Source of the DNA: Candidatus Micrarchaeota archaeon
Lineage (GTDB): Archaea > Micrarchaeota > Micrarchaeia > Anstonellales > Bilamarchaeaceae
Assembly (NCBI GenBank): GCA_014730115.1
Contig: WJIU01000024.1
Span: 41,316-105,315 of the forward strand
Direction of reading: 5' to 3'
DNA: 64,000 nt
Part shown: positions 18,192 through 26,448 of the stretch, one piece after another
How positions within the stretch are numbered: the stretch's first letter is position 1
How the letters are laid out: each line of letters starts with the position of its first letter
The notes under the pieces: generated by a model
The model's input: the letters and a program-made list of their open reading frames with translations, nothing else
What the model was told of the DNA's origin: nothing
The model's database searches: none
Made by a program: the position numbers and the translations under genes

Positions 18192-19130
18192 ATGGTGCTC
18201 ACACAACTGGTTGTACTGCTGATTGGCTTGGGAGTGGTCAGCTTTTTCAGCGAAAGGGCCGTACTGTGCTCCACGCAACTTGCCAAAAGGCTGAAGGTTC
18301 CTCCATTGGTCATCGGGGTTATTCTGATATCAGTCGGAACCGACATTCCAGAAATCGCAAATTCCATTTTTTCCTCATACGCCAACCATGGCGACATCAA
18401 TGTGGGCGACACCCTGGGCTCCTGCCTTACCCAGATAACCCTTGTATTCGGCCTGGCAGTGCTGCTGGGAGGCTCGGCGATTGCCCACCGCAAAAACATT
18501 CTTATCCTGGGAGCCTGCGCAATTGCTGCAGTTGCGCTCGCAGCACTGGTCGTGCTGGATGGCCACCTGACCAGAAGTGACGCACTGCTCCTGATACTTT
18601 CCTACATTATACTTATCGCAGTTTCAGCAAAATTCACTATCAAAGAGATTGGATATGCAAAAGAGCCGGATTTGTTTTGTCCCAAGGAGGAAGGCTACCT
18701 CCTCACTACCCTTAGTTTGGTTCTTTCCCTGATATTCGTGGTTGTCGGAGCAGTGCTGGTTATTGAGTCCGCAATAGAAATATCAACCAGCCTTAAACTT
18801 CCGGAATTTTTCATAAGCTTTTTCGTAATCGGGATAGGGACCTCTCTTCCGGAGCTGTCTGTTGAGCTCGCTGCACTCAGGCAGAAGCAGTATGGAATTC
18901 TGCTGGGAGACCTTATGGGAAGCAACATAACCGATGCAACCCTTGCCCTCGGCATAGGGCCCTTGCTATTCCCCACCATTATTAGCGGGGAAGTCATCAT
19001 TCCATTTGCTTTTTACGTTGTTTTTGCTACCCTGGTCACGGTTGCCCTCTTTGCATGGAGGGAAAAAATGGACAGGCATTCTGCAATTGTACTGATAGCG
19101 GTATACCTGTCATCTCTAATGCTTACTTAG
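18192..19130 (+). CDS. Na+/Ca2+ exchanger (CaCA family, YrbG-like)
   Basis: Two alpha-repeats are present (GDTLGSCLTQI and GIGTSLPELSVELAA). About 10 TM helices. 312 aa. Confidence 0.8.
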   Translation: MVLTQLVVLLIGLGVVSFFSERAVLCSTQLAKRLKVPPLVIGVILISVGTDIPEIANSIFSSYANHGDINVGDTLGSCLTQITLVFGLAVLLGGSAIAHRKNILILGACAIAAVALAALVVLDGHLTRSDALLLILSYIILIAVSAKFTIKEIGYAKEPDLFCPKEEGYLLTTLSLVLSLIFVVVGAVLVIESAIEISTSLKLPEFFISFFVIGIGTSLPELSVELAALRQKQYGILLGDLMGSNITDATLALGIGPLLFPTIISGEVIIPFAFYVVFATLVTVALFAWREKMDRHSAIVLIAVYLSSLMLT

Positions 19131-19416
19131 ACTCATGAATCCGCTTTTCTGCCAGCTCCAGTGCCTTCTTGGAAGCTCCCAGAAGGATTTTGCTCAGTCC
19201 GGATTTCCTTAGCGGAGGCCGGGCAACATAAATAAAACTCGCTTTTCCCTTTGCCACGCCCTTCTTCTTTTCTTCCTCAGAGTCAAACTTGATGTCGGCT
19301 TTGGAAAGTATTATCATGTAGGGCCTTTTCTTGCATTTTTCCTCAATTATCTTTGAGCATTCCTTTATCGCATCCCTCAGGTCTTCGTCTACTTCTTCCT
19401 GCTCCATGGAAACCAC
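19123..19416 (-). CDS. hypothetical small basic protein
   Basis: A 97-aa ORF with an acidic N-terminus and basic C-terminus. It overlaps the end of the CaCA gene by 8 nt. No confident family assignment. Confidence 0.4.
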   Translation of the reverse strand: MVSMEQEEVDEDLRDAIKECSKIIEEKCKKRPYMIILSKADIKFDSEEEKKKGVAKGKASFIYVARPPLRKSGLSKILLGASKKALELAEKRIHESK

Positions 19417-19762
19417 AGGAGTAAATCGGGCTTTGTTATTTTAAAGAAACATGCAGCCTGGAAGATGAGGCCCGCTTCTTTTGAACCCAGAAACTGCAAA
19501 AATAAACATCCTCTATAACAGGATATGTGCAAATCCGTCATTAGACGTCTAAAAATATGCAAACTATTAAAAATGTGGCCTAAGTTTATACAGACTCTGC
19601 GGGTTTGCAGAATCCTCTGGTCTGGGATACGGTCTTGTAAGGAAATGGCTGAACGTACAAGTCCGGTTATTGTCCTAGATTAGAGCCATCGTTTTATGGC
19701 TTCGGCTGTAAATCCCCGCAGGCAACTTTTCTTATTTTAAAATACTCATATTTTTGGGTAGG

Positions 19763-20083
19763 TCAAAAAACCCAGCTTATGTCGTAAGCCAGAAGAACCA
19801 GTATTGCAACCAGATGCAAAAGACCAACAAAAAGAAATCCTTTACGGTTTTTTCCCAGAATGCTGTTGCTGAGTTCCGGGACCGGCTTTATGGACTGGTT
19901 ATAAAAAAACCAAAAGCAGAAGTTCATAATTCCCCCGCCAGTTGTGGGGATGACTATGCTATAGGGAAAATCAACCCGGGCCAACAGCACGTAAGCAAGC
20001 CCCAGGAACAACGGGGATGCAAGAACAAGAATGTTGAGGACAGCTCTTTGTCTGGAAATCATCCGGGAATAATTGATAACCAC
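19763..20083 (-). CDS. hypothetical small membrane protein
   Basis: 106 aa with 2-3 predicted TM segments, in an otherwise AT-rich gene-poor interval. It could be spurious. Confidence 0.25.
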   Translation of the reverse strand: MVINYSRMISRQRAVLNILVLASPLFLGLAYVLLARVDFPYSIVIPTTGGGIMNFCFWFFYNQSIKPVPELSNSILGKNRKGFLFVGLLHLVAILVLLAYDISWVF

Positions 20084-20246
20084 AGCTTATATAACAGTTG
20101 CATAGGCAGAAGTGCTGCTTCCGCACATATGCGGGAAAGCGGTGCTGATGCGGTTTGTTCATACTTGTTCACGCCAGTTCCTGATAGCATTTATATTCCG
20201 TTCATGTGTCATTATTTCGGCCTTGGGGCCGGATGGAGGTGTTATC

Positions 20247-20672
20247 ATGAACAGGACGAAATTTTTGGGCATCGTGCTCGGATGCATCGGTGTAGTGCTT
20301 TTGGGGGGAGGCATCTATCTGGCGGTGTCCTATGTGGGGGCTACGATGAATGCAATGATTAATTTTTTTACTACAAACAGTGGTGCACTATCAAGCTGCG
20401 GCATAAGCATTCCGGATGAAATCGCTGCACTGAAAGACCAGGTAGCAACGACCATTCTTCCGGGGCTTTATCTGGGCGTTCCGCTTGCCGTAATTGTGAT
20501 ATCCGCAGTAATGTTTGCCGGCGGCTACTACTATGGCAGGGGCTCTTACCGGGACCAGCTTGACAGGAAAATGAAGCAGGAGGAAGAACTGAAAGAGGAA
20601 ATTGAACGCCGGATAAGCGAGAAAAAGCGGAAGCCTGCTAAAGAAGAGCCTGCAGAAGAGGAGGAAGAGTAA
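20247..20672 (+). CDS. hypothetical membrane protein with charged C-terminal tail
   Basis: Start chosen at MNRTKFLGIVLGCIGVVLLGG (TM 1). A second TM and a KE-rich tail follow. It sits in frame within the longer ORF 20112..20672. Confidence 0.45.
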   Translation: MNRTKFLGIVLGCIGVVLLGGGIYLAVSYVGATMNAMINFFTTNSGALSSCGISIPDEIAALKDQVATTILPGLYLGVPLAVIVISAVMFAGGYYYGRGSYRDQLDRKMKQEEELKEEIERRISEKKRKPAKEEPAEEEEE

Positions 20673-20724
20673 TCTTTTTTCTTGATAAGAAATCATGATG
20701 CGGGACATCAGACTTCAAGTATAA

Positions 20725-20757
20725 GTGCTCCCGCCGGGATTCGAACCCGGGGTCAGG
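20725..20757 (-). repeat. Partial direct repeat of the tRNA-Glu 3' end (T-arm + acceptor 3' strand), att-like
   Basis: The minus strand reads GACCCCGGGTTCGAATCCCGGCGGGAGCAC. It is identical, apart from one extra C, to the 3' 31 nt of the tRNA-Glu at 21488-21518. No complementary 5' acceptor strand is nearby, so it is not a tRNA. Confidence 0.5.
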
Positions 20758-20844
20758 ACCACTTACAAAAAATGCAATATCCAGCATGTTTGTACAGTAA
20801 TTTGTATGTGGAGCATTTATCATTTTAGATTCTAACAATCAGGT

Positions 20845-21108
20845 TCATTTGTATATTTTTTTCCTGTGGCCTAAAGATCTTATGAAAACAGTTTTTTCTT
20901 TCTGCATGATATCTGCAATTATCCTGTAATCTCCAACTCTCAACTTATATTCCTCTCTTCCAGCAAGTCTTTTAAAGAAATGAATTGGATTTTTCTGTGT
21001 CTCATTTATCTTTTCAATTATTCTTTTTGCCGTATTGTTATCAAGTTTTTTCAATTGATACAAAGATTCCTCAGAATAGACAACCTTGAACATCTTACTC
21101 AATTCCAA
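20845..21108 (-). CDS. relE: RelE/ParE-family type II toxin
   Basis: 87 aa. MFKVVYSEESLYQLKKLD...YKLRVGDYRIIADI...TVFIRSLGHRKKIY fits the RelE/StbE pattern. Confidence 0.7.
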   Translation of the reverse strand: MELSKMFKVVYSEESLYQLKKLDNNTAKRIIEKINETQKNPIHFFKRLAGREEYKLRVGDYRIIADIMQKEKTVFIRSLGHRKKIYK

Positions 21109-21337
21109 GTTGCTTCTTCACTTCTTCCACAGAATATGTTCTTCCGTGTTTAATGTCAGATAAAGATCTGAGCAAAGATGCTCTGAATTCATCATTATAT
21201 TCTCCTTCATCATCCCCAGATGGTACTAAATCTATCAACATTCTCAGTAGCTCATCATATGTCTCTCTTTTGCTGGTTTTAAGTCTGGAAAGCATCTCTC
21301 TTGTCTCTGGGCTTATTTGAATTGAAGTATATGCCAT
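21095..21337 (-). CDS. Antitoxin partner of RelE (small acidic alpha-helical protein)
   Basis: An 80-aa ORF directly upstream of the toxin, overlapping it by 14 nt, as is typical for TA operons. Confidence 0.55.
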   Translation of the reverse strand: MAYTSIQISPETREMLSRLKTSKRETYDELLRMLIDLVPSGDDEGEYNDEFRASLLRSLSDIKHGRTYSVEEVKKQLGIE

Positions 21338-21487
21338 AAAATCACTATAGATATATTATAGATTTATCTATAAAAGCCTTCCTATTCCAGTTTCAATTAC
21401 TAGATAGCTGTCATCATCATGTCCGTACTAGAAATCCTAATTATTTCTGGTTTTCCGCACCCTCCCTCTTGCGACGTGGAGAATGAG

Positions 21488-21696
21488 TGCTCCCGCCGGG
21501 ATTCGAACCCGGGTCTACGGAGTTCCCTGAATTTTTAGGAAGCCGTTTTGATCGAACTTTTCCTAAAAGTTCGTGAGAGTCCGTTATCCTTGACCGGGAT
21601 GTCCAACCTTTTTGACCTTTTCTTCCCCAGGGCTTTTTCGTGAACGTTTTTGCCCTTCGTTTGTAGCAGTCAAAAAGGTTCCTAGACTACAGGAGC
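21488..21696 (-). tRNA. tRNA-Glu (anticodon CUC) with two putative introns (D-loop ~84 nt, anticodon-loop ~51 nt)
   Basis: Minus-strand parts are: acceptor GCTCCTG/CGGGAGC (one G.U pair), TAGTCTAG D-arm start, GGAT D-stem 3' strand, anticodon arm ACGGA-CTCTCA|intron|C-TCCGT, variable AGAC, T-arm CCGGG-TTCGAAT-CCCGG and discriminator A. The intron between positions 37 and 38 contains a strong hairpin (CGAACTTTT-AGG-AAAAGTTCG). Confidence 0.5.
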
Positions 21697-21745
21697 TTGT
21701 TTCTATCTTTCAGCAATAGGATTTAAAAAATTAGAGAAAAGGGAA

Positions 21746-22042
21746 TTAAACCGGCTCAATGATGTCCTCCTCGCTTATAAGGTCAAAATCACTGCCTTCC
21801 TCCACGAAGATGTCCGAGATTTCAAGCTTGGAGCCATCGCTTTGATTCCCGGGCCCCTCCGGTGGGGGTATCAGCTCCTCATCTGAAAGAAGTCCATCAT
21901 CGTAATCTTCGTCCTGCACCGATACATCTGCGTCCCCCAGGCCCCCTCCGGGTGCAGGAGATTCATTGGCGGGGCTCCCCGCCTGGCCGGCACACCCGAA
22001 AAGCAGCAGCAGAACAAGTCCTGCAAGCAAACTCTCATTCAT
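21746..22042 (-). CDS. acidic lipoprotein, hypothetical
   Basis: Signal peptide with lipobox (LLLLFGCAG). The mature part is highly acidic and Pro/Gly/Asp-rich. Confidence 0.45.
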   Translation of the reverse strand: MNESLLAGLVLLLLFGCAGQAGSPANESPAPGGGLGDADVSVQDEDYDDGLLSDEELIPPPEGPGNQSDGSKLEISDIFVEEGSDFDLISEEDIIEPV

Positions 22043-22964
22043 TTTCTCCGGACCTCATCTCATAGAGTATGTCCTTGAGACCCTGCGCGGCATCGCGAAG
22101 ATTGTCCCAGGCATCGTCATGCTGGCCTCCTTCGTACTGGCTGGTTCCGACATCAGAAAGGGTTTCAAAGGCCTCTTCCAGCTGGTCGGACACATCGGAA
22201 ACTTCACCCCCAAGGCCTGCCTCTACCGCATCCTCCTCCAGGACATCCAGTATGCTGTCAAGCTTCTCATGGCTGATGTGTGCTGCAAAGTGGAAGTTCT
22301 CCCCATTTCTGCAGCCGTTGAACAGGCAGTACTGGCCAATAGCATTCCTAACCTCTTCTGCATCCCGGGCATCCCCGATTGCAGAGTCGAGCGGGTCAAC
22401 GGTTGTTTCCTCGGCATCGTCTATAATTTCCTCCAGACCTTCCGTATCCACGCCTTTGGACTCCAGATTGTCGGACATGTTGCCGGCCCTTTCCAGGGCG
22501 TTTCGGTATGCCTCCACTTTTGCTTCCCCGAATCTCTTGATTGATTCGAAGTGGCATTGCCGGAAATCATCACGAATATCCCGGTAATCATCCCTTAGAC
22601 CCCTTCCTGCTCCTTGGGACATGTTGCCGCTCTTCCTCGCATCCAGGGCGTCCAGCCGGGCTTCCCTGAGATGAAGATTGAAAGAATTGTGCAGATAATC
22701 CCTGAATCCTTCTGCGTCTCCATCCTCAGCAAGGTCCTGGAGCTCTTCAACATCAGCTTCGATGTCATCCACATTGTCCTGCAGGTTTTGTGCCTCCAGA
22801 TGCTCAATGTGTGACTCCAAAACTCCTATGGTAAAATAGGCCCTGCATTCCGCATTGTCCAAAGCAGCCTCAAGGCCGTATCCCCCATGCCCAAAATGCT
22901 GCGGTGCAGCTGCTGCCAGGGAGGCAAACAGCAGCACAAACAAAGGCATTGCTTTCCATTCCAT
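22035..22964 (-). CDS. secreted acidic protein, hypothetical
   Basis: Start chosen at MEWKAMPLFVLLFASLAAAAP (signal peptide). A ~290-aa acidic domain follows. The ORF track extends it 27 codons upstream. Confidence 0.45.
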   Translation of the reverse strand: MEWKAMPLFVLLFASLAAAAPQHFGHGGYGLEAALDNAECRAYFTIGVLESHIEHLEAQNLQDNVDDIEADVEELQDLAEDGDAEGFRDYLHNSFNLHLREARLDALDARKSGNMSQGAGRGLRDDYRDIRDDFRQCHFESIKRFGEAKVEAYRNALERAGNMSDNLESKGVDTEGLEEIIDDAEETTVDPLDSAIGDARDAEEVRNAIGQYCLFNGCRNGENFHFAAHISHEKLDSILDVLEEDAVEAGLGGEVSDVSDQLEEAFETLSDVGTSQYEGGQHDDAWDNLRDAAQGLKDILYEMRSGENE

Positions 22965-23088
22965 GTTTTTCACCTCAACTCCGTGCAAGCGCACGGACAA
23001 TGGTATGGCCTCTTTGGAACGCGATTTATATCTTTCCTGAAACAAGTGGAACGTTTAACGACTGTAAAGCCTGGAACAGTGCGGAACG

Positions 23089-23967
23089 TTAACCGGTTTT
23101 CAGTGCATCCCCCAGGGTGAGTAGATTCCGGTTGCCCTTTTTTGATTTTACCAGGAGTCCTCTGTTCTCCAGAGAAGCCAGGCGCCGGGAAAGAGTTGCC
23201 TTTGGGATGTGGGTCTCAAGGTATATCCTGGCCTGGGTTGTCTTCCCCTTTCGGTTGTACACTTCCCTCATTATTTCCTTGTCCACCTCATCAAGTGACC
23301 TGAATATTTTGTTTGATTCCAGTGTTGAAACCTCTTCCTGCTTATGCGGGTGCCTGCTGACCATGTAATGGATAACCGGAATTGCAAATATTACAAGAAC
23401 TGCAAGGATTATTGCTGCAATGTTTGAGTCCCCGGCAGGGACAACTTCGTAGCCTGCCCGGATATGGGCCTTGTGGCTGGTGTCAATGCCCTCTGCCTCC
23501 CAGGCAATTGAAAGCGAGCTCCCCTCTCCGCTCACCGCGCCATTGGTGCTTTTCAGCACAGTGCCTGGGGGGAACACAACCACTGAAGAAAACTGGCTGA
23601 TGTTTTCTGAGGCTGAGGTGCCCAGGTCAAATGTCCAGAGTGATGCGTTCTTGGAGGTGAAAGAATCCGAATAAACCCTGTATCTCAGAAAATCATAGGG
23701 CACAGTTGTGCAGACGGCACTGTCTTTGACTGTATAATCCAAAGGCAGGCCGCTCCGGTCGGTTACCTGGACCTCGCCAGGGGGTGCGGAAAGGTTGAGG
23801 CAGAATTGCCGCTCCCCAGATTCAGGAAACTGGATAAGAAATTCAAAATCAGAAGTGCCGGCGGGGTGAATGGTGCCGGTAAGGTTCACTGAAGCAGAAA
23901 AACAAAGGCATGCAACAGACAAAACCGACAGAAGAACCTTATTCATGGAAAATCCTAGGGGAGGCAA
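23089..23967 (-). CDS. Membrane-anchored winged-helix transcription regulator with N-terminal extracellular domain
   Basis: The protein has a signal peptide, a ~190-aa extracytoplasmic Ser/Thr-rich domain and one TM helix (IAAIILAVLVIFAIPVIHYMV). The cytoplasmic C-terminus is a wHTH (MREVYNRKGKTTQARIYLETHIPKATLSRRLASLENRGLLVK). Confidence 0.55.
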   Translation of the reverse strand: MPPLGFSMNKVLLSVLSVACLCFSASVNLTGTIHPAGTSDFEFLIQFPESGERQFCLNLSAPPGEVQVTDRSGLPLDYTVKDSAVCTTVPYDFLRYRVYSDSFTSKNASLWTFDLGTSASENISQFSSVVVFPPGTVLKSTNGAVSGEGSSLSIAWEAEGIDTSHKAHIRAGYEVVPAGDSNIAAIILAVLVIFAIPVIHYMVSRHPHKQEEVSTLESNKIFRSLDEVDKEIMREVYNRKGKTTQARIYLETHIPKATLSRRLASLENRGLLVKSKKGNRNLLTLGDALKTG

Positions 23968-23977
23968 TCTTTATTAC

Positions 23978-24877
23978 TCATTTCTTTTTGGTCTTCTTTT
24001 TCTTGGCGGTCTTTTTCTTTGCTTTTTTCTTGGGTTTTTTAGAAGCTGCCTTCTTTGTCTTCTTCTTTGCCTTTTTGGCAGGTGCTTTCTTTTTGGTCTT
24101 CTTTTTCGGTTTCTTCTCTGCTTTTTTCTTGGCTGCTTTCTTCTTTTTGGCGGGCTTCTTCTTTTTGGCAGGCTCAGCAGGAGCTTCCTCGGCGGGCTTG
24201 GGCCTGGAGGATTCCTCCGGAGCATGGGATTTTAGCTTCTCCAGAAGGGACTCTATAAGATCTTCTCCTTTATCCGCACTCATATAAGGAATTTCGCCGG
24301 GCTCCGAAAATGACCTGGCTTCCTCCAGCTTCTTTTTGTCTGCAGTTTTGCCGCCGGGGCACAGGGCAAAATGGGTTGCCAGTATACCATCATTCACTTT
24401 TAGCATGGCGTCCCGGTCCCTGATAAGCGACTCAGTATCCTGGGACGGAACAAAAGGCCTGAGAATCTCATCGCGGGACTGGAACTGCATGGAAAGGGAA
24501 GGCCTTTCCCCCGGTTTGGAAATATTTAATCCTGGCCTCTTTACATCAGAGGAAAATTTAAGGGCATTGACAGCCCGGTCGGCAAGCTCTACCAAAACTT
24601 TCTTTTCCCCATCCGGCAGCGCTGATGAGATATTTGCCGCATCGCGGAAAATCTCCGGCAGAAGGGCTGCGGAATCGGCCCTGGTGCCATGGACAGCAAG
24701 GAATTCAAAGATGGCAGCCTTCATTGCTGCAGGGTCTTCCTGCCCCAGTGCCCAGGATTTCAGCTCCGTCCATACTTTATGGGCATTCTTCCCAGACTTA
24801 GAGATTTCCTCCGCCCTTTTCCAAAAACCGCCTGAGTTCTTTGAGTATGACATGATATCAGATAAATAGTGATTCAT
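23978..24877 (-). CDS. Protein with ~240-aa N-terminal domain and ~55-aa poly-Lys/Ala (H1-like) C-terminal tail
   Basis: The C-terminus reads PAKKKKPAKKKKAAKKKAEKKPKKKTKKKAPAKKAKKKTKKAASKKPKKKAKKKTAKKKKTKKK. The Phe-rich ORFs on the + strand are antisense artefacts of this tail. Confidence 0.5.
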   Translation of the reverse strand: MNHYLSDIMSYSKNSGGFWKRAEEISKSGKNAHKVWTELKSWALGQEDPAAMKAAIFEFLAVHGTRADSAALLPEIFRDAANISSALPDGEKKVLVELADRAVNALKFSSDVKRPGLNISKPGERPSLSMQFQSRDEILRPFVPSQDTESLIRDRDAMLKVNDGILATHFALCPGGKTADKKKLEEARSFSEPGEIPYMSADKGEDLIESLLEKLKSHAPEESSRPKPAEEAPAEPAKKKKPAKKKKAAKKKAEKKPKKKTKKKAPAKKAKKKTKKAASKKPKKKAKKKTAKKKKTKKK

Positions 24878-24913
24878 GCAAATTATAATGTTTTCGCCTT
24901 GCTATAAAAACAG

Positions 24914-25096
24914 AGCGCCGAGAGGGAGATTTGAACTCCCAATCCCAAAGGGACACGCTTACCAGCAGGATTCCGCCAGAAGGCGGATTTCCAGGCCTGC
25001 GCTTCAGCCAACACAAAGTCAGTCAGAATGTGCGCACTACCGGATTTCACGCCCTGCAAAAGAAATATCAAATGCAGGACTTTATGCGATCTCGGC
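24914..25096 (-). ncRNA. Putative intron-containing tRNA or other structured RNA (unresolved)
   Basis: The minus strand shows a canonical T-arm GGGAG-TTCAAAT-CTCCC followed by TCTCGGC-G. A perfect complementary 7-mer GCCGAGA lies 183 nt upstream. A class-II-like variable hairpin (TCCC-TTT-GGGA) precedes the T-arm. The D and anticodon arms could not be assigned by eye. The locus is a 290-nt divergent intergenic region. Confidence 0.3.
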
Positions 25097-25166
25097 TTAT
25101 GATACTAATACCTAAGCCCACCTAGGTTTTTAATCTTTATCAGCAATCTAAATCCGGGAGGATTCA

Positions 25167-26396
25167 ATGAGCTTAAAGCAGACAGACAATGAGATTTATG
25201 GTCTTTTGGAAAAGGAGTTCCAGTACCAGAGGAACACACTCAGGCTGATAGCATCTGAGAATTATGCAAGCAAGGCTGTAATGGAGGCCACCGGCTCGGT
25301 TCTGACCAACAAATACGCCGAGGGCTACCCCAACAAGAGGTATTATGCCGGAAACCAGTACGTTGACCAGGTGGAGATCACTGCCATTGAAAGGGCCAGG
25401 AAGCTCTTCAGGGTCGGGCATGCCAATGTCCAGCCACATTCCGGCTCATCCGCAAACATCGCAGCTTTCTTCTCGTTCCTGGAAGTCGGAGACAAGTTCA
25501 TGGGCCTGGACCTCCCCCATGGAGGGCATCTCAGCCACGGCTCACCGGTGAACTTTTCAGGAAAATGGTTCAATGCAGTGTCCTATGGCGTCAGCAAGGA
25601 AACCGAAGCCCTGGACTACGATGAAATAAGGAAGAGGGCAATTCAGGAAAAGCCCAAGCTCATAATATGCGGGTATACGGCATATCCTCTCCTGATTGAC
25701 TTCAAGGCATTCAGGGAAATCTGTGATGAAGTGGGGGCAGTGATGATGGCAGACATTAGCCACATTGCAGGCCTTATAGCCGGAGAAGCCTACCCGTCTC
25801 CAGCTCCTTATGCAGATGTGATCACAACCACGACCCACAAGACACTGAGAGGACCCAGGGGGGCAATAATAATGGGGCCTGAGGAAAATGCAAAGAAAAT
25901 AAACAAGGGCGTCTTCCCCGGAACCCAGGGCGGTCCACTGGAAAACGTAATAGCGGCAAAGGCGGTCTGCTTCCATGAGGCGATGCAGCCGGAATTCCGG
26001 GTTTATGCAGCGCAGGTAGTGAAAAATGCGAAGGCACTTGCCGAGGAGCTGGCTGCCAGAGGACTGAGACTGGTATCAGGCAGGACAGAGTCCCACCTGG
26101 TGCTTGTAGACCTTACACCCAAGGGAATAACAGGAAAGGGTGCCCAGATGGCTCTGGAAGAATCCGGAATAATCACCAACCGGAATACTATTCCATTTGA
26201 TACCAGAAGTCCGTTCATTACCAGCGGGCTCAGGCTTGGAACTGCGGCAGTGACCACCAGGGGAATGAAGGAAAGCGATATGGAGGAGATTGCATCCGGA
26301 ATAGTAAAGGTTCTTGAAAGCCCCAACGACAGCGAATTAAAGCTCAGGACAAGAAAGGAAGTAGAAGAGCTTTGCAACAGATTCCCAGTTTATTAG
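25167..26396 (+). CDS. glyA: Serine hydroxymethyltransferase
   Basis: 409 aa. The PLP-Lys region is TTTTHKTLRGPRG, with full-length similarity to the SHMT pattern. Confidence 0.9.
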   Translation: MSLKQTDNEIYGLLEKEFQYQRNTLRLIASENYASKAVMEATGSVLTNKYAEGYPNKRYYAGNQYVDQVEITAIERARKLFRVGHANVQPHSGSSANIAAFFSFLEVGDKFMGLDLPHGGHLSHGSPVNFSGKWFNAVSYGVSKETEALDYDEIRKRAIQEKPKLIICGYTAYPLLIDFKAFREICDEVGAVMMADISHIAGLIAGEAYPSPAPYADVITTTTHKTLRGPRGAIIMGPEENAKKINKGVFPGTQGGPLENVIAAKAVCFHEAMQPEFRVYAAQVVKNAKALAEELAARGLRLVSGRTESHLVLVDLTPKGITGKGAQMALEESGIITNRNTIPFDTRSPFITSGLRLGTAAVTTRGMKESDMEEIASGIVKVLESPNDSELKLRTRKEVEELCNRFPVY

Positions 26397-26448
26397 AGGA
26401 AAAAAAGATACGGGAATAAAAAAACAAGAAGACCTGTTTCAAAAAAGA

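Larger units (their letters stand above)
20758..21487. mobile_element. Putative mini-island / remnant of a tRNA-integrated element carrying a RelE-antitoxin module
   Basis: The interval is bounded by the intact tRNA-Glu 3' end and its 31-nt direct repeat. It contains only the toxin-antitoxin pair and AT-rich spacers. Confidence 0.35.

Noticed and set aside
23870-24287. Phe/Leu-rich + strand ORFs (121 and 125 aa) that look like membrane proteins
   Set aside because: They are the antisense reading of the poly-Lys (AAA/AAG) tail of the minus-strand gene 23978-24877. TTT/CTT codons generate artificial hydrophobic ORFs.
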